Source: Neoechinorhynchus agilis
Taxonomy: Eukaryota > Animalia > Acanthocephala
Assembly: GCA_051530055.1 (NCBI GenBank)
Contig: CM121341.1
Span: forward strand, 15,044,784-15,108,783
Reading direction: 5' to 3'
Length of the DNA stretch: 64,000 nt
Shown here: piece by piece, positions 15,199 through 26,951 of the stretch
Position numbering within the stretch: position 1 is the first letter of the stretch
Layout of the letters: every line of letters starts with the position of its first letter
Notes under the pieces: generated by a model
What the model was told of the DNA's origin: nothing
Seen by the model: the letters and a program-made list of their open reading frames with translations, nothing else
The model's database searches: none
Made by a program: the position numbers and the translations under genes

Positions 15199-16299
15199 GT
15201 AATGAGCGGATGTACATTAAAGTAACTCCTATTATTAGTGCAGGATTCGCCTAGCAACGAGGGATACTTTCTTAGAAACGAAATTAAAAATGGAATTTGT
15301 CTGAATTGGGAAAAATGTGGGAAATCTGTTGATTCTTGATATACAAATTATCCAATATCGATTCGAATTTTTTGAGCTATTAGTCATTTTGACAAATATT
15401 TGGTTGATACATTTTAAAATAGCGATATGATATATTCATAAAAATTGAAGAATTGCAATTTTTGCTTCTTTATAGACTTATAAGGATCGCTAAATCGAAA
15501 ATATTTAGAAACCTGAGATAAACTTGAATAGAGGAAATGTCAGAAAATCGATGGTGGAACAACGATGCAGCCAGTAGTAGGCCGAGCGGTCCTAGTTGAA
15601 AGTAATTTTATCAATAATCAAGAGTGATTATTCACTCACCGACGTTATATGTAGCAGAATAAAACCGAATGTTAGCTTTAGGCTAAAATGCTGGTGAGTT
15701 GGAAAATAATATTCGTTATTTTGTAAATCCACCGGCGTGCGTTGTGATATATTGCATTTCATCCTGTTGATCGTTAGTAAAACCCGTGAACCTCTAATTG
15801 TTCCCTAAAACAAGATTACCCGAGGTTATAATAAGCCAGATTAATCACTAAAAACCAAAAGTTGAAGATATCATTTAATTCACGTATAACACCCGAAGAG
15901 AGGAATATTTTGAATGAAATAACGACAATAATGTTCGTTGAATTTATTGGTGAGATTCGCGTTTATAATACCATTTAGATTTGCAGCAAAGCTCGTAGTA
16001 CAAAGTGTGCTAAAGATCATTGATCAACAAAAAATGGATCCAGCATTTCTACAATTTTCTTTTTATTAGTTTTGCCACGGGGCTGATAACTAGAAGTCTG
16101 TTTCAGGTTATAAAATTTATGAAAACGAAGTCTAATTTCGGCTTTTTCTTAAACTGATCAATTGAAATCGGAGGTTGGAATAAAACAATCAGAAATTTTA
16201 ATCTACTAGAATCGGCAAAGCGCGGCCGTCCAAATCCGCAAAATGATTAATACGAAGGATTTAGAGATATTTGGAAGCGCTTTTTACTTGTCGATTCCT

Positions 16300-16910
16300 C
16301 CCTACCACACAGAATATACCCAGACCGCTCACTTCAAACTGTGAACTCCATCTATCATTTGCCTATGCATAACCGTCTTCCTTCCCCTTCCACTAACTTA
16401 TTACCGACCAAAACCTACCCTAAGAACCCACACAATATTTTGGATACCTCCGAAAATCTATGCTGTACGCTGGCAGAATTAAACATTACTGTGGACTCAA
16501 GAGCGCCTCGAAAACCTATACATTGAACTCCTTCACCAGCCAACTCCCTCGAACTACTGTCACTGTGAAAACATGGTTACACTTCTCCATCATCGACAAT
16601 TCCTGGCTACACTTCTCTCCACTATCATGTAGACGAACGCATAGGACGTGGCCTCTCCGTGTTCATTCGCTGCGCTCTCCTTATTCCCTCCCCCTCAACT
16701 CCTTACCAATCACCATACCTAAAGTACATCTAAATTACGCTCTCTTTCAAACTTCGCTCAGGCAGCCAAAATTTAACCATTATCGGCATCTATCGTCCTC
16801 CTTCAGCTAATCTACAAAATCACCGGAGATTGATGCACTGATAGCAAATCTTCAATCTCTTGATCTTGAACATCTAATCATTCTTGGTGATTTTAATAAT
16901 CTTCCTACAT
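16300..16910 (+). mobile_element. Degenerate non-LTR (CR1/Jockey-like) APE endonuclease fragment
   Basis: Frameshifted translation gives IPGYTSLHYHVDERIGRGLSVFIR, GIYRPPS and IILGDFN, which are APE endonuclease motifs; C-rich sense strand like the 20.2 kb and 43 kb LINE pieces. Confidence 0.7.
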
Positions 16911-16961
16911 CACGCTCTCCATGACGTCGCAAAGTTAGTATAAATTCATACCCGCAACTCC

Positions 16962-19360
16962 TCACGTCTCGTGCCTATCTCTTTGTTCCTCCACCTTGTC
17001 GTCCACGTATCTCTCCACACTCGGTCGAAGATTATCCAGTCTCGTGGTCAGCCTTCGTCCCATCAATAATTCGGACGGACATTTGCTGGTGGCTGTAATG
17101 CGATCTCCGAACATTGATCGTGCACTTTTATTCCTCGTCTCTTTAAAGTCGCGATGAAACGCTCTGCGAGACCATTCGTCTGCGGATGATACGGCGTACT
17201 GCATATCGCCTTGATTCCGTTCTCCCGGCAGAACGTCTTGCACTACGAACTCGTGAGCTGGAGACCATTCTCGGTCACAATCTTTTCTGGTATCCCGAAT
17301 TTCGTACAAGTCTCTCGCAACATCTTGATTACAGTTTCGGATGTAATGCTCTTGCCCTTCCAAACCTTGGGCCATTTGGAATATGCGTCAACCATTATCT
17401 AATACAGGTACCCTCCGATCGGTCCCGCAATATCAATGTGCAGTTTTTTCCATGGCCCCTTTGGTATATCCCAAGGAATCAAAGGCACCGATGCTTGTCT
17501 TGGTCGTAATCGTTGGCAGTCACTGCATCGTTTGACATAATCTTCTACCTCCTTGTCTATTCCTGGCCACCAACAATGGAATCTTGCAAGGTTCTTCATC
17601 GCGGACTCGCCCGGATGACCATAATGCAAAATTTCTAAGAAATGTGCTCGCAGACGTTTCGGTACCACAATCCGGTTCAACCAAAGCAGGACCCCTCCTT
17701 CCACAGCTAATTCATCTCTTCTCACCCATGCTATTTCTTTCACACAACTAGAACCCTCTTTATTTCTTATCTCTACTGGAATTTTTAAAACCGAATGCTG
17801 TGATCCAATCCAAACCGAATAATGGGCTTTCCCTTCTCTACGGCAGGTCCCGTGTCTAACTCCATGATGACTCTCACATCATTTATCTGAACCGGTATCT
17901 CCGCCACCGATCGTCCCTGAATTTCTCGGACGTGTCGTATCGCATCATCCTCTGTCTCATCGATCTCTTGTGTCTGATTAATCTTCGTCGCATTCACTCT
18001 TTTTCTTCTTGGGTAGGTACATCGACAACATCTTGCAAAAATGTCTTTTTTTTCACACTTTCTACACACACCATTCCAGGCCGGGCACGCTCCGAATTTA
18101 AACTCGTGCTCGTTGCCACATCTCGAACATGTTTTCGAAATCGGGTTTCCTGACCATTCATGTGGACCTCTTCCTCATCTTCTGCTTGCTACTCCCTTTC
18201 CTGACTTCTCATAACTTCCATCGCTTTGGTTGTGCTCTCGTATGTCCCTGCTATCTCCAATATTTTTTAGTGTTAAATTCTTGTGTTGCAATACCATCTT
18301 CCGCACCTCATCGTGAGGGCAGTTCAACACCACAACATCTCAAATCTGAACTTCTGCGGCTTGCAATCCGTTTTTGACCTCCTCTTTGTAGAAAATGCAT
18401 CCACTTGCAGCCCCCACAGTTCCGTGGCCCATTCTCTGTACGATTGCTGCGCTTTCATCTTCGTATTGAAAAATTTGTACCTGGATGTGATTTCGTGAAT
18501 TCGCTCTCCCATCATCTCTTTCAATAACATCATTAATTTGCTGTATTTCGGTTCGGCTGGCTTTCTCGCTCCAGTCGCTTTCCTGATTATTCCAAATGTC
18601 TTCGGGAACAACTAAGCAAGTAAGCATGTCTTTTTCTGCTCCTCATCTTTTATCCCCCAGGAGCAGGAAATGCTGTGTTAACTGCGGGCGCGATCTTGAC
18701 TTGTCCTTTGCTCTCTATATTGTTTTTCTTTTCCTCAAACACCATTTCCCACAATCTTTTATTGTTGGCTTCGTGTTCCTCCTGCTGCTTCAACAATGTA
18801 GCCATCAGAGCATCTTGTCTTTCCATCATCGTTTGAATTAACGAACCCCGAGGCCAATTGTCGTTCCCTTGTTAGCCATAATAAAAACCTTCTTGTGACA
18901 ACCAACCGTTTTATAACAACACACCCACCACATGCAAAATCACAAGTACAATGTCAGCGCGCACGATCAATAATCATGCGTTGCGTCGTCAGCAATTAAT
19001 AATGACGATTTATCGGGAAAAGAAAAACGCGCATATTTTTAGATTCGTGTACTCCGTCGTAAAGGATCAAGTGAAATTTCGCCAGAATCTTGAATAGCTA
19101 CTCATTTTCTAAACTATCATGCTGCCAAATTAGGAGATGATGAACAAGATAAGGAAGGGAATAAAGATGGCATAAAAATTAGGCGCTTTTCGAGGTGATC
19201 TGCCTCCGGAAAAGAAAGCGGGACCGGAAATATCCCAGGAATTTCGGTTTCCTGGAGCAATCCAGCTGAGTGGAGTGCAGAACGCGGAACTCTCCTAGCG
19301 GGAGATCCCTGCGATTGGTCGGTCAAGAGATGTATTTAAACATCTTCACCATCGACAACA
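16962..19360 (-). mobile_element. Internally deleted Ty3/gypsy (Mag-like) LTR retrotransposon; probable 5' LTR 18859-19360
   Basis: Gag-like region, degenerate zinc knuckle (CRKCEKK..ARCC), protease MELDTG, integrase HHCC (HYGHPG...CSDC) and core (LHIDIAGP, TPYHPQTNGLAERF). RT/RNaseH absent. Minus-strand TG...CA segment 19360-18859 followed by TGG (PBS-like) at 18856. No 3' LTR seen. Confidence 0.85.
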
Positions 19361-19785
19361 CAAACTGAAGTCCTCCAATAATTCGCGAATTAGTGCTAGG
19401 ACGTTCGCTGTATTGGACGCGGCCGGACCCGATCCTGTAGAATGATGAGTTTAGAGATCGACTTCTTATGAGTTATCAAAGTATGAGTACCTTTCTTGGA
19501 TGATCGCCTGGGTGATCCGCTGGACGGATTGCACAGGGTTTCTTCGGTTACTTTGGGCGATGATTATTGAGCAGTCACGTACTGACTACTGTATAAGCCA
19601 AACCCACATTCATCATCTAAAGTTAATTTTGAATCCCAACTTCCGAGACCGTGGGATGTTCACTTGTACTCAGATTTCCAGCATCGCCATCGTCAGAAAT
19701 AAGTTTCGAATTACGAACTTTTTGTTTCCTTGATCGAGATCGCAAAAGTCCTCCGAACTGAAAGTTTTATGATGGAGTTGCTCGG

Positions 19786-19956
19786 GTCATAACCTATTTG
19801 ATTTTGATCTATTGGAAATATTTCGCGAGGTAACCTCACCTCATCAGTCATTGCTTGTAAGTTTTAAATGTGTCAGTTGGTCTACATGCTATGACTGATG
19901 AGGCGAGGTTACCTCGCGAAATTATTCCAATAAATCAAAATCAAATAGGTTATGAC
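19786..19956. repeat. Inverted repeat with 66-bp arms (19786-19851 / 19891-19956) and a 39-nt spacer; part of a dispersed repeat family
   Basis: Arms differ at 4 of 66 positions; each arm contains the internal palindrome GCGAGG-TTA-CCTCGC or a near copy of it. Confidence 0.9.
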
Positions 19957-20228
19957 TGGGAGTATGTTCACCAAAATTATACTTAGACTAACTCGAAGGA
20001 TTTTCTATCGATGATTTCTATAAAGTTGGTGCCACCAAAATCCGCTCGATGCTTACATGTCTCTTGATAATTGGAGATTGCCGGGGAATGCTCAATAAGG
20101 TGAAAAACATATTTTTAGATGATTGATGAGGCGAGGTTACTTCGCGAAATATCTCAAATAGGTTATGACCGGGATTATGTCCACCAAAAGTATACTTCGA
20201 TTAACCCGAGGATTTTCTATCGATGATA
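19891..20228 (+). repeat. Two direct copies (~19891-20005, ~20121-20228) of a ~110-bp dispersed element
   Basis: Shared blocks TGATGAGGCGAGGTTAC, AAATAGGTTATGAC, CACCAAAA and GGATTTTCTATCGATGAT; related copies at 35690-35804 (-), 60141-60255 (+), partial 50270-50300 and 59888-59905. Confidence 0.8.
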
Positions 20229-20234
20229 TTCTTA

Positions 20235-20905
20235 AATAAACTGAATCATATCTCTTCTCACTCTAAGCGTTTCTTATATGCCGACGACCAGACTCATCAT
20301 ACAATCGTCCTCCAACTTCTCCAGCCCATTAACCTCTAACGAGTCATCCACAACAAAAATTTCTGCACCAATTAATACTCATTCGAGCGACTCAGACAAT
20401 AAACCTTGCGGTAAGCGATTGGGAGAGCGTTGAGCCATGCTCCCGATTCTCTAGTGCTGAGAATTTTGAGTTTCAAAATTCAATCATATCTAAAATGGGA
20501 TTCGCACATCACACTCTCCCTCAGACGCAATACCTATAAAATTTTGCCTTCTCAGACGCCTTTACCGTTAAGGAATCCATTTGCCCGCTCTCTCCAAAAT
20601 TTACTACTGCTTTATCTTTCACCTACAGTTTTCACATCTTTTGCAATCTGTCCAAATCACAAATCCGTTGCCCTAGAATGTTTCATAGAAGAGCCTCTAA
20701 AATTTTCACAATGCATTGATGCTATTTTCATAAAACAATCAAAACCCCTCTCAACCCTACCACCGCAATTTCTTCCACATATCGCTACCTTTTCACAAGG
20801 GCGCAACACTCGTAATCCCAATTCCTTTCATCCTCCTATACCTTCCACCTCGCTCTACCTTCGGTCCTTTTCCCATATTGTCAAATCATCTCGGATATCA
20901 TGACC
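20235..20905 (+). mobile_element. CR1/Jockey-like LINE 3' fragment (end of RT plus 3' end)
   Basis: FLYADD motif near 20270-20290; 20715-20905 closely matches 44603-44780 (CAATTTCTTCCACATATCGC...CAACACTCGTAATCC). Confidence 0.75.
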
Positions 20906-21328
20906 CGAAATGAACCGTGTGATTTCGAGGGTGAGATCGTTGTCAAAAAGTGGAATGCTCGAATCAATAAGGATGACGATTTTATTGCTTCCAGCGTCCC
21001 GCAAAACGAAGTGAAGATATGGAATTTCAAAGTGAATTACGCTTCCGACTACTTCGATGGTCTGCAAATATACAATCGAAGTAGTCGGTTTTAATATAAT
21101 GCAGCCCGTATTATATCTTAAAATAACAGTTAGAGATGATCGAAAAATTATTTTGTACCTATAATAATTCAGATTACTTATCAAAATTCTCAGTGTAGTT
21201 TCGGTTATGTGCAACAAGAAAACAACACAAGCTGCAAACATTTGTACCGACGTTGTTCAAAAATGTTCTAGAATAACCGAGTGAATAGATAAAAGAAAGT
21301 ATTGAAGCGACTTACACCAATCGGAAAA

Positions 21329-21679
21329 ATGAAAATCTTTCTCACTTTTGTTGCTCTTCTCTCCGTGGTTGCGGCCGTTCAGAAACGAGGGGTTTACGAG
21401 GCAGCTTCACCCTCCGAACTCACAACGTTCGTCCGTGAGGTGGCGTGGGCAATGACCTCGAGAACTTGTGGAGTAGAGATCGCTAATCTTCCACCGACTC
21501 TTAAGAACGAACAGACTCTTGCTATTCACTTCAAAGTTACCAGACCAGTCATCGCAGACATGGTTTATGAAATGGAAGTCGACGTTGAACCAGCGAGATT
21601 TGTTCTCCTAAGTCTAACGTACGTTAATCCACAGCTTTACAAAGTCGTGGATGCGTCATGTCCTAAAGGATCGCAATGA
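21329..21679 (+). CDS. Small intronless secreted protein, 116 aa, possibly a divergent cystatin fold
   Basis: ATG 21329, signal peptide MKIFLTFVALLSVVAA, N-terminal G, helix, then VTRPVIADMVYEMEVDV resembling the cystatin QVVAGxNYxxEV strand-turn-strand; TGA 21677-21679. Family call is tentative. Confidence 0.65.
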   Translation: MKIFLTFVALLSVVAAVQKRGVYEAASPSELTTFVREVAWAMTSRTCGVEIANLPPTLKNEQTLAIHFKVTRPVIADMVYEMEVDVEPARFVLLSLTYVNPQLYKVVDASCPKGSQ

Positions 21680-21973
21680 ATCAGAAGATGTAAAAGTGAC
21701 TAGTTTGAATATGCCATAGATTAGTATTTATCGCTTAAACATAAATTTTATTCGTTACTTGGGAGCGGTGAATGGAAAGATTAACACTGGTTCTATTGCA
21801 AAATTTAACAAGCTGCATAATATAAATTTTGTGAATTACCATTGGAAAACAAACGCGTTTACGACTAATTTTGTACGGCTTCGTTCCATCGTTAAAAGCT
21901 ATATACTATTCTCTGAAGATCCCAGTACATTTGAAATTATGAAAAAGCCAATCTGCGAACAAAATACATAGTA

Positions 21974-22085
21974 CCCTTCCTCGGCTTTTTGGCATGAAGC
22001 CACACCGATCTTTTACATCAGAGATTTCTTATGTTGTCTGATGTAAGAGATCCGCGTGGCTTCATGTCAAAGAGCCGAGGAAGGG
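21974..22085. repeat. Hairpin/inverted repeat with 49-bp arms (21974-22022 / 22037-22085) and a 14-nt loop
   Basis: 44 of 49 positions are Watson-Crick; 3 of the 5 differences are G-U pairs on the + strand. Confidence 0.9.
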
Positions 22086-22126
22086 ATGTAATAATATGAA
22101 TCAATAGAACCGGCCTGCCAGTAACC

Positions 22127-22578
22127 GTGAAAAAGGCCACACATAGATAGATACTGAAAAGTTATCAGCTGGCCAGACTTCAAAAATGGAAAAAAAATCA
22201 ATTGGCCCAGAATTAAAAATCAAAACAGGCAGAGTTTGTACATTCGGTAGTTGTGCCGAGGTGGTCAAGTGGACTAATGCTCCTGATCCAAGTCAGGATC
22301 AAAGTGTTCGAATCGGTTACCGCCGATGACGCACAACCAAAGTAGACGAAATACCGATGATGGGAGGAAACACTGATGAGTCCCGCCTCCTCCGAAGGTA
22401 TCTGAGGATCCGGAGGGATGTACAAAGCTTATAACCGTATGGTTCAGAGTACTAAGTGATTTTATGCGCTTTCCTGAACCAGATCGATGGGCTGTTTGCC
22501 AAAGGAAAATTATAAGCTGTGAAACAGGCCCACACATAGATAAATACTCAAAGGTTACTGGTTTGCCAGACTTCAAAA
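22127..22578 (+). repeat. ~60-bp imperfect direct repeat (22127-22185 and 22519-22578)
   Basis: GTGAAA..GGCC(C)ACACATAGATA.ATACT.AAA.GTTA...GCCAGACTTCAAAA present twice. Confidence 0.75.
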
Positions 22579-22610
22579 TATATAGAATGTTTAAAAGCGC
22601 TACATCAGGT

Positions 22611-23622
22611 TGTAGTTCAACTCAAAAAACCAACGCGCTCTGTTTTCTAGTTGTACTCCATGCAACATGCGTGCATATCGATTGGTGGACCTCTGACGTA
22701 CTCGCCACACAGCTCCCCCAAGAGGCTCCGCTAAGTCTTCCGTGGCCGTCCTCGCTTGCGTGGTATGTCGGCTTCGACTGTGGAGGAAGGGTCACAATGC
22801 GCGGGTTTCAGCCTGTCTATCGCAATCGTTTCGTTGCGTCCTCTATAATCAATCGTGAAATATTTTTCACCTGCTTCGATTACTCTGTAGGGTCCTCTGT
22901 ATGCTGGCAGCAGCGGTCCTCCGATCTGCTCACTCCTGACGAACACATGGCGTGCGATCTTAAGGGCTTTTGGGACGTAGGTCGAGATATTTCCATGTCG
23001 TGACGTCGGTACAGAGACTAACGAACGGATCCGATCGCGCAAACTTTCGAGTTGGTTTCCTAGATTGGCTCGTGTCGGTGTAGGGCTAACGAAATCGCTG
23101 GGAACTCTAATTGGGCTCCCGTAGACTCGTTCAGCGGATGACGTCCCAAAATCGGATTTAGGCGATGTCCTCGTGCCCAGCAGGACCCACGGCAGCTCGT
23201 CATACCAATTGGCACATTTGAGACGGGCTTTTAAGGACGTTTTCAGGTGCCGGTGCATCCTTTCGACCATACCGTTGGACTGTGGATGATAAGCTGTCGT
23301 GTGATGTAATTTGGTGCCAAATAGGGTCGACATGTCGGTCCATATTTTGGAGGTGAATTGCGCTCCCCTATCTGAGGTGATATCCGTCGGAACCCCGAAT
23401 CGCGAAATCCAATTGCTGACCAAAGCTCGCGCACGTGAAAGTGTGTCGTTTTTTGAAAGTGGAATCGCTTCTGGCCAACGCGTGAACCGATCTATTATCG
23501 TCAACAAGCGTCGGGGTCACCAATGTAGTTCAACTCAAAAAACCAACGCGCTCTGTTTTCTAGTTGTACTCCACGATCCATGCGTGCATATCGATTGGTG
23601 GAGCTCTGACGTACTAGCCACA
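22611..23622 (-). mobile_element. Complete miniature Ty3/gypsy (CsRn1-like) LTR element carrying only a truncated integrase
   Basis: 99-bp TG...CA LTRs at 22611-22709 and 23524-23622 (6 mismatches); 4-bp TSD AGGT on both sides; minus-strand PBS TGGTGACCCCGACG (complementary to the tRNA-Trp 3' end); PPT TGGGGGAGCTG next to the left LTR; ORF 23507-22731 (IIDRFTRWPEA, TSDRGAQF, YHPQSNGMVERMH, GPY). Confidence 0.95.
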
Positions 23623-24257
23623 AGGTTCAAAAAACCATGAGTTTACGTCATGTGTTTCAGTGTTACTGTTCAAACGTTGGGGTCGATTAGTTTTTGGGCG
23701 TGTTCCGATCACCTCAACATAATAAATTTAGACAAGCAAATCATAAGCAGTTCACTTTAGCTTACGAGAGTTCGAACTGATTAATTGATAAGCTTAAAAT
23801 TATTATCTCTAATAAATCTGAATGTGTGAAGTTTAACAAAAACACTTATTATCGGTCATAGAAACTCCGGCGAATAACAAGCATTAGATAGACGAGAAAA
23901 CTTCCCATCGACATGTCTTACATTCACATGAGCGATTTTTAGCTCTTGCTAGTCGATTACATTTACTCTGTGTATAAACGTAAACTCGCATAGCTGATAA
24001 CATTTCGTTTGGCACAGCTAATCGATTTCATGGATCAGAAAAACGCATAAAATCACTATTCATGAACTCGTAAAATTCTTTCTTCATTATAGCGCAGAAT
24101 CAAAAAGTTTTGCAATCCTCGTTCGCTGCGATCAATTGAACGAACATTTTGAGCTTTGTGGCGTAGTACGTTTCTTGATTTCGCTGTCTTTTCCTATTTC
24201 TCTAATAACGTTTTTACGTACTTCAAAACCGAGCTTTTTAAACGATTTCCAGATAAA

Positions 24258-26665
24258 ATGTCCAAATCAACAGAAGAGCTGATGTAAGTGTTTTTTTCGG
24301 GACAGTTTGAAAGTTTAATCGTTTTTAGGTCATGCTGTGTTTGTCAGGCCGTAGTTCCAGTGAATGCTTTCAACACTTGTCTCAAATGCCTCCAGCATTC
24401 TATCGATATTACCGAAGGCATTGTAAAGAAGACTCAGTTGTACCAATGCTCGAAATGTGAACGGTTCCTGCAACCCCCTAATACATGGATTGATGCAGCT
24501 CTTGAATCTCCACGGCTTCTCGGAATATGCCTAAAACGATTACCTGGCTTGTCAAAAGTCCGTCTTGTGGATGCCAAATTTGTGTGGACGGAACCTCATT
24601 CACGTCGGCTGAACGTCCGTTTAGTTGTCCAAAAACAGGTTTGCGTGTAAAATCGATCTGAACTTAATTTTCGTCTAGGTTCTTGAAAAGGAAGTTCTTG
24701 AACAGCCTTTCATCGTCGAGTGAGCCATTGGTTGTTCATTAGAATTGGAGCAATTCTTGTGCAATTTTTTACTTTTTAATTTTGTCGATTTCGCAAAATC
24801 ACCACTAAGCTCGCCGCCGGTAGTTTCCATCCTCCTAGGAAAGTCTTAGTTTAATGGTCGCTTCTCTCATTCGACGGCCCAATTCGTCAAATAGTTTAAA
24901 ATTCAAATCCCCTAATGTGAATCTAAGATGTTTAGAGAATGGAATGAAGAAACAAGATGCACTCTTGCACTTGTATCTTCATTAAAAAGGCACAAGTTGC
25001 AATCTTGAGAACGAATGTCATGTATTTTTGCTTAAATCGAAGACAACAGCTGAATAAGTAGCGCTTGAACAATTAAGCAAAATCTGAAAAGACTAAAAAA
25101 CCCCAGCAAAGATAGAAGATACAATTTTTTGATTAACAAAACTCACATTGGCGATTCATTAATGTCCAAATATTGTTTTCTAGTCCCTGCAGATTTGATG
25201 CTTTTTTGAGGAGTTTAAAAGTCAAGTCTAATAATTTTAATACCGTCGATTGATTAAAAGCAAATTTTCCTTCGGTTTTAATTAAAAACAATGTCGTTTT
25301 AAAATGCAGATTATTCGACGAAAAATACTTTTTGGCAATAAACTTGTATCTTGATTGAAAAGCCAATGCATATACTATAATTAATCAAATTTGCGATGAA
25401 TGTCAGAGATTTGAAGCCAAAGATTATTGGAAATCATGCGTTCAAATTCGACAGAAAGTACTCCTGAAGTTCCTTATTTCAGTCCCTCTGCCATCAACTT
25501 CATTTTGTAGGACATTGAACACAAAAAGACTCTCCTATACTTGGAACAGGTGATACTCAAGAACGGTCTTCATTCAACAGCTACTCAAATCAAGCCATGC
25601 TCTTCAAATGGAATTGATTTTTACTTCCAGGCAGATTCTCTGGCTCGGAAATTTCATCAGTTCGTCTCAATTCGCGTTCCGTGCAAATCAACGAGCTCAA
25701 AGAGCTTGATTAGTCACGATGTTCATAGTAATATTTTCAATTACAAGTACATTTACTCAGTGGAGATTGTTCCGATTTGCAAAGTAATTGAATTTTCCTT
25801 CTTGGCCACATGCATTTCTTTTAAACGTTTTTAAAAGGACTCTGTAATTTGCCTTCCTCCACAGTTGATGTCAAGATTCGGCAATTCAATGGGACCGATT
25901 TGTATTTGCTACAGGGTCACTCGTCTAATTCATTTGATCGATCCAAACACAATGAAAAGTCAGTCTTTTTCGATTGCTTCTCGTTTATCCCCTTACTCCG
26001 ATTACGGATAGCATGTCAACTATCGGCCACAGATTACTTCCGATGCCCATTTCTCCCATTTTGCAATATCCGTCAATTAAAACAATATACCGTCACTGAG
26101 GTTGAGTTCGATCGTGATCCTTTGACCAATGGATCAATGAAGCAGGCGGATGTATGGCTGGTCAAGGACTCTTCTGACGCTAATGAATGTATTCCTATTC
26201 ACTGCAGGACACATTTGGGAGCTTGGCTTAAAGTAGACAGCCATGCCCTCGGTTATGATTTGCAGAACATGAACTTCAATGATGATAATCTCGCGACATT
26301 CGATTCTTCGGATCTCCCCGACGTTGTAAGCGTTTCCCCTTAAATGAGGATATATTCATAAAAGTTTTTTAGATTCTCGTCAAAAAGGTGTATCCGAACC
26401 GTCAACGCCATAAACGGAATAGAAGATGGAAACTCAAGAGAATCGAGGACGGCACTCAGGAGGACGAAGGTGATCTCAATGATTTTATGGACGACATTGA
26501 ACAGGATTCCGAATTAAGACAGGACGTCACTGTTTATCGAGCAGGTTCGCCGGAGTTTCTTTTGCGAAAAAATGCTGTTTTCGCTATTCTTTTATAGACG
26601 AGACGGGTACATTCAACGAACTTGAAATTGGGGAAATGCTTCAGGATTTGGAGATTTGTGATTGA
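24258..26665 (+). CDS. NMD3: 60S ribosomal export adaptor NMD3, multi-exon
   Basis: CCVC...CLKC, YQCSKCERF, DAKFVWTEPHSRR, QICDECQRFEAKDYWKSCVQIRQK, HKKTLLYLEQVILK, HCRTHLG...GYDL, EMLQDLEI. Introns 24284-24328, 24639-24678, 25458-25510 and later ones are GT-AG; intron ~24720-25369 is anomalous (see findings). Confidence 0.95.
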
Positions 26666-26951
26666 ATTTCAGCATTTAATTAGCGCTATAGAGCATTTGT
26701 TTTGTTTTCGCGTTTTTTTTCAAACAGTGAAAGCCACTAGGATGCAAACACATCAGACGGGAAAACAATTCCTGTTTTGCTTCTTACGCATACCTCTCAT
26801 AAACTTTTAGAGACGAGAGGTGTGAGAGCGAAAACATCTTCTAATTTATACGTTGTTAAAACGGGTGTTTTATTATTATAATTTTTCCCCACGAGAAAGG
26901 AAGGAAAAATAGAGTTTTTATTAAATTGCTTCTAGATAAAACGACCCCCGT

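Noticed and set aside
19891-19900. TGATGA as a C-box of a C/D snoRNA in the dispersed repeat
   Set aside because: No terminal CTGA D-box or rRNA guide recognised, and the box is not conserved across copies.
22247-22325. tRNA-Ser-like 5' half (GTAGTTGTGCCGAGGTGGTCAAG) with a B-box-like GTTCGAATC
   Set aside because: Acceptor and T stems do not pair and the anticodon arm is irregular; at best a decayed tRNA or SINE head.
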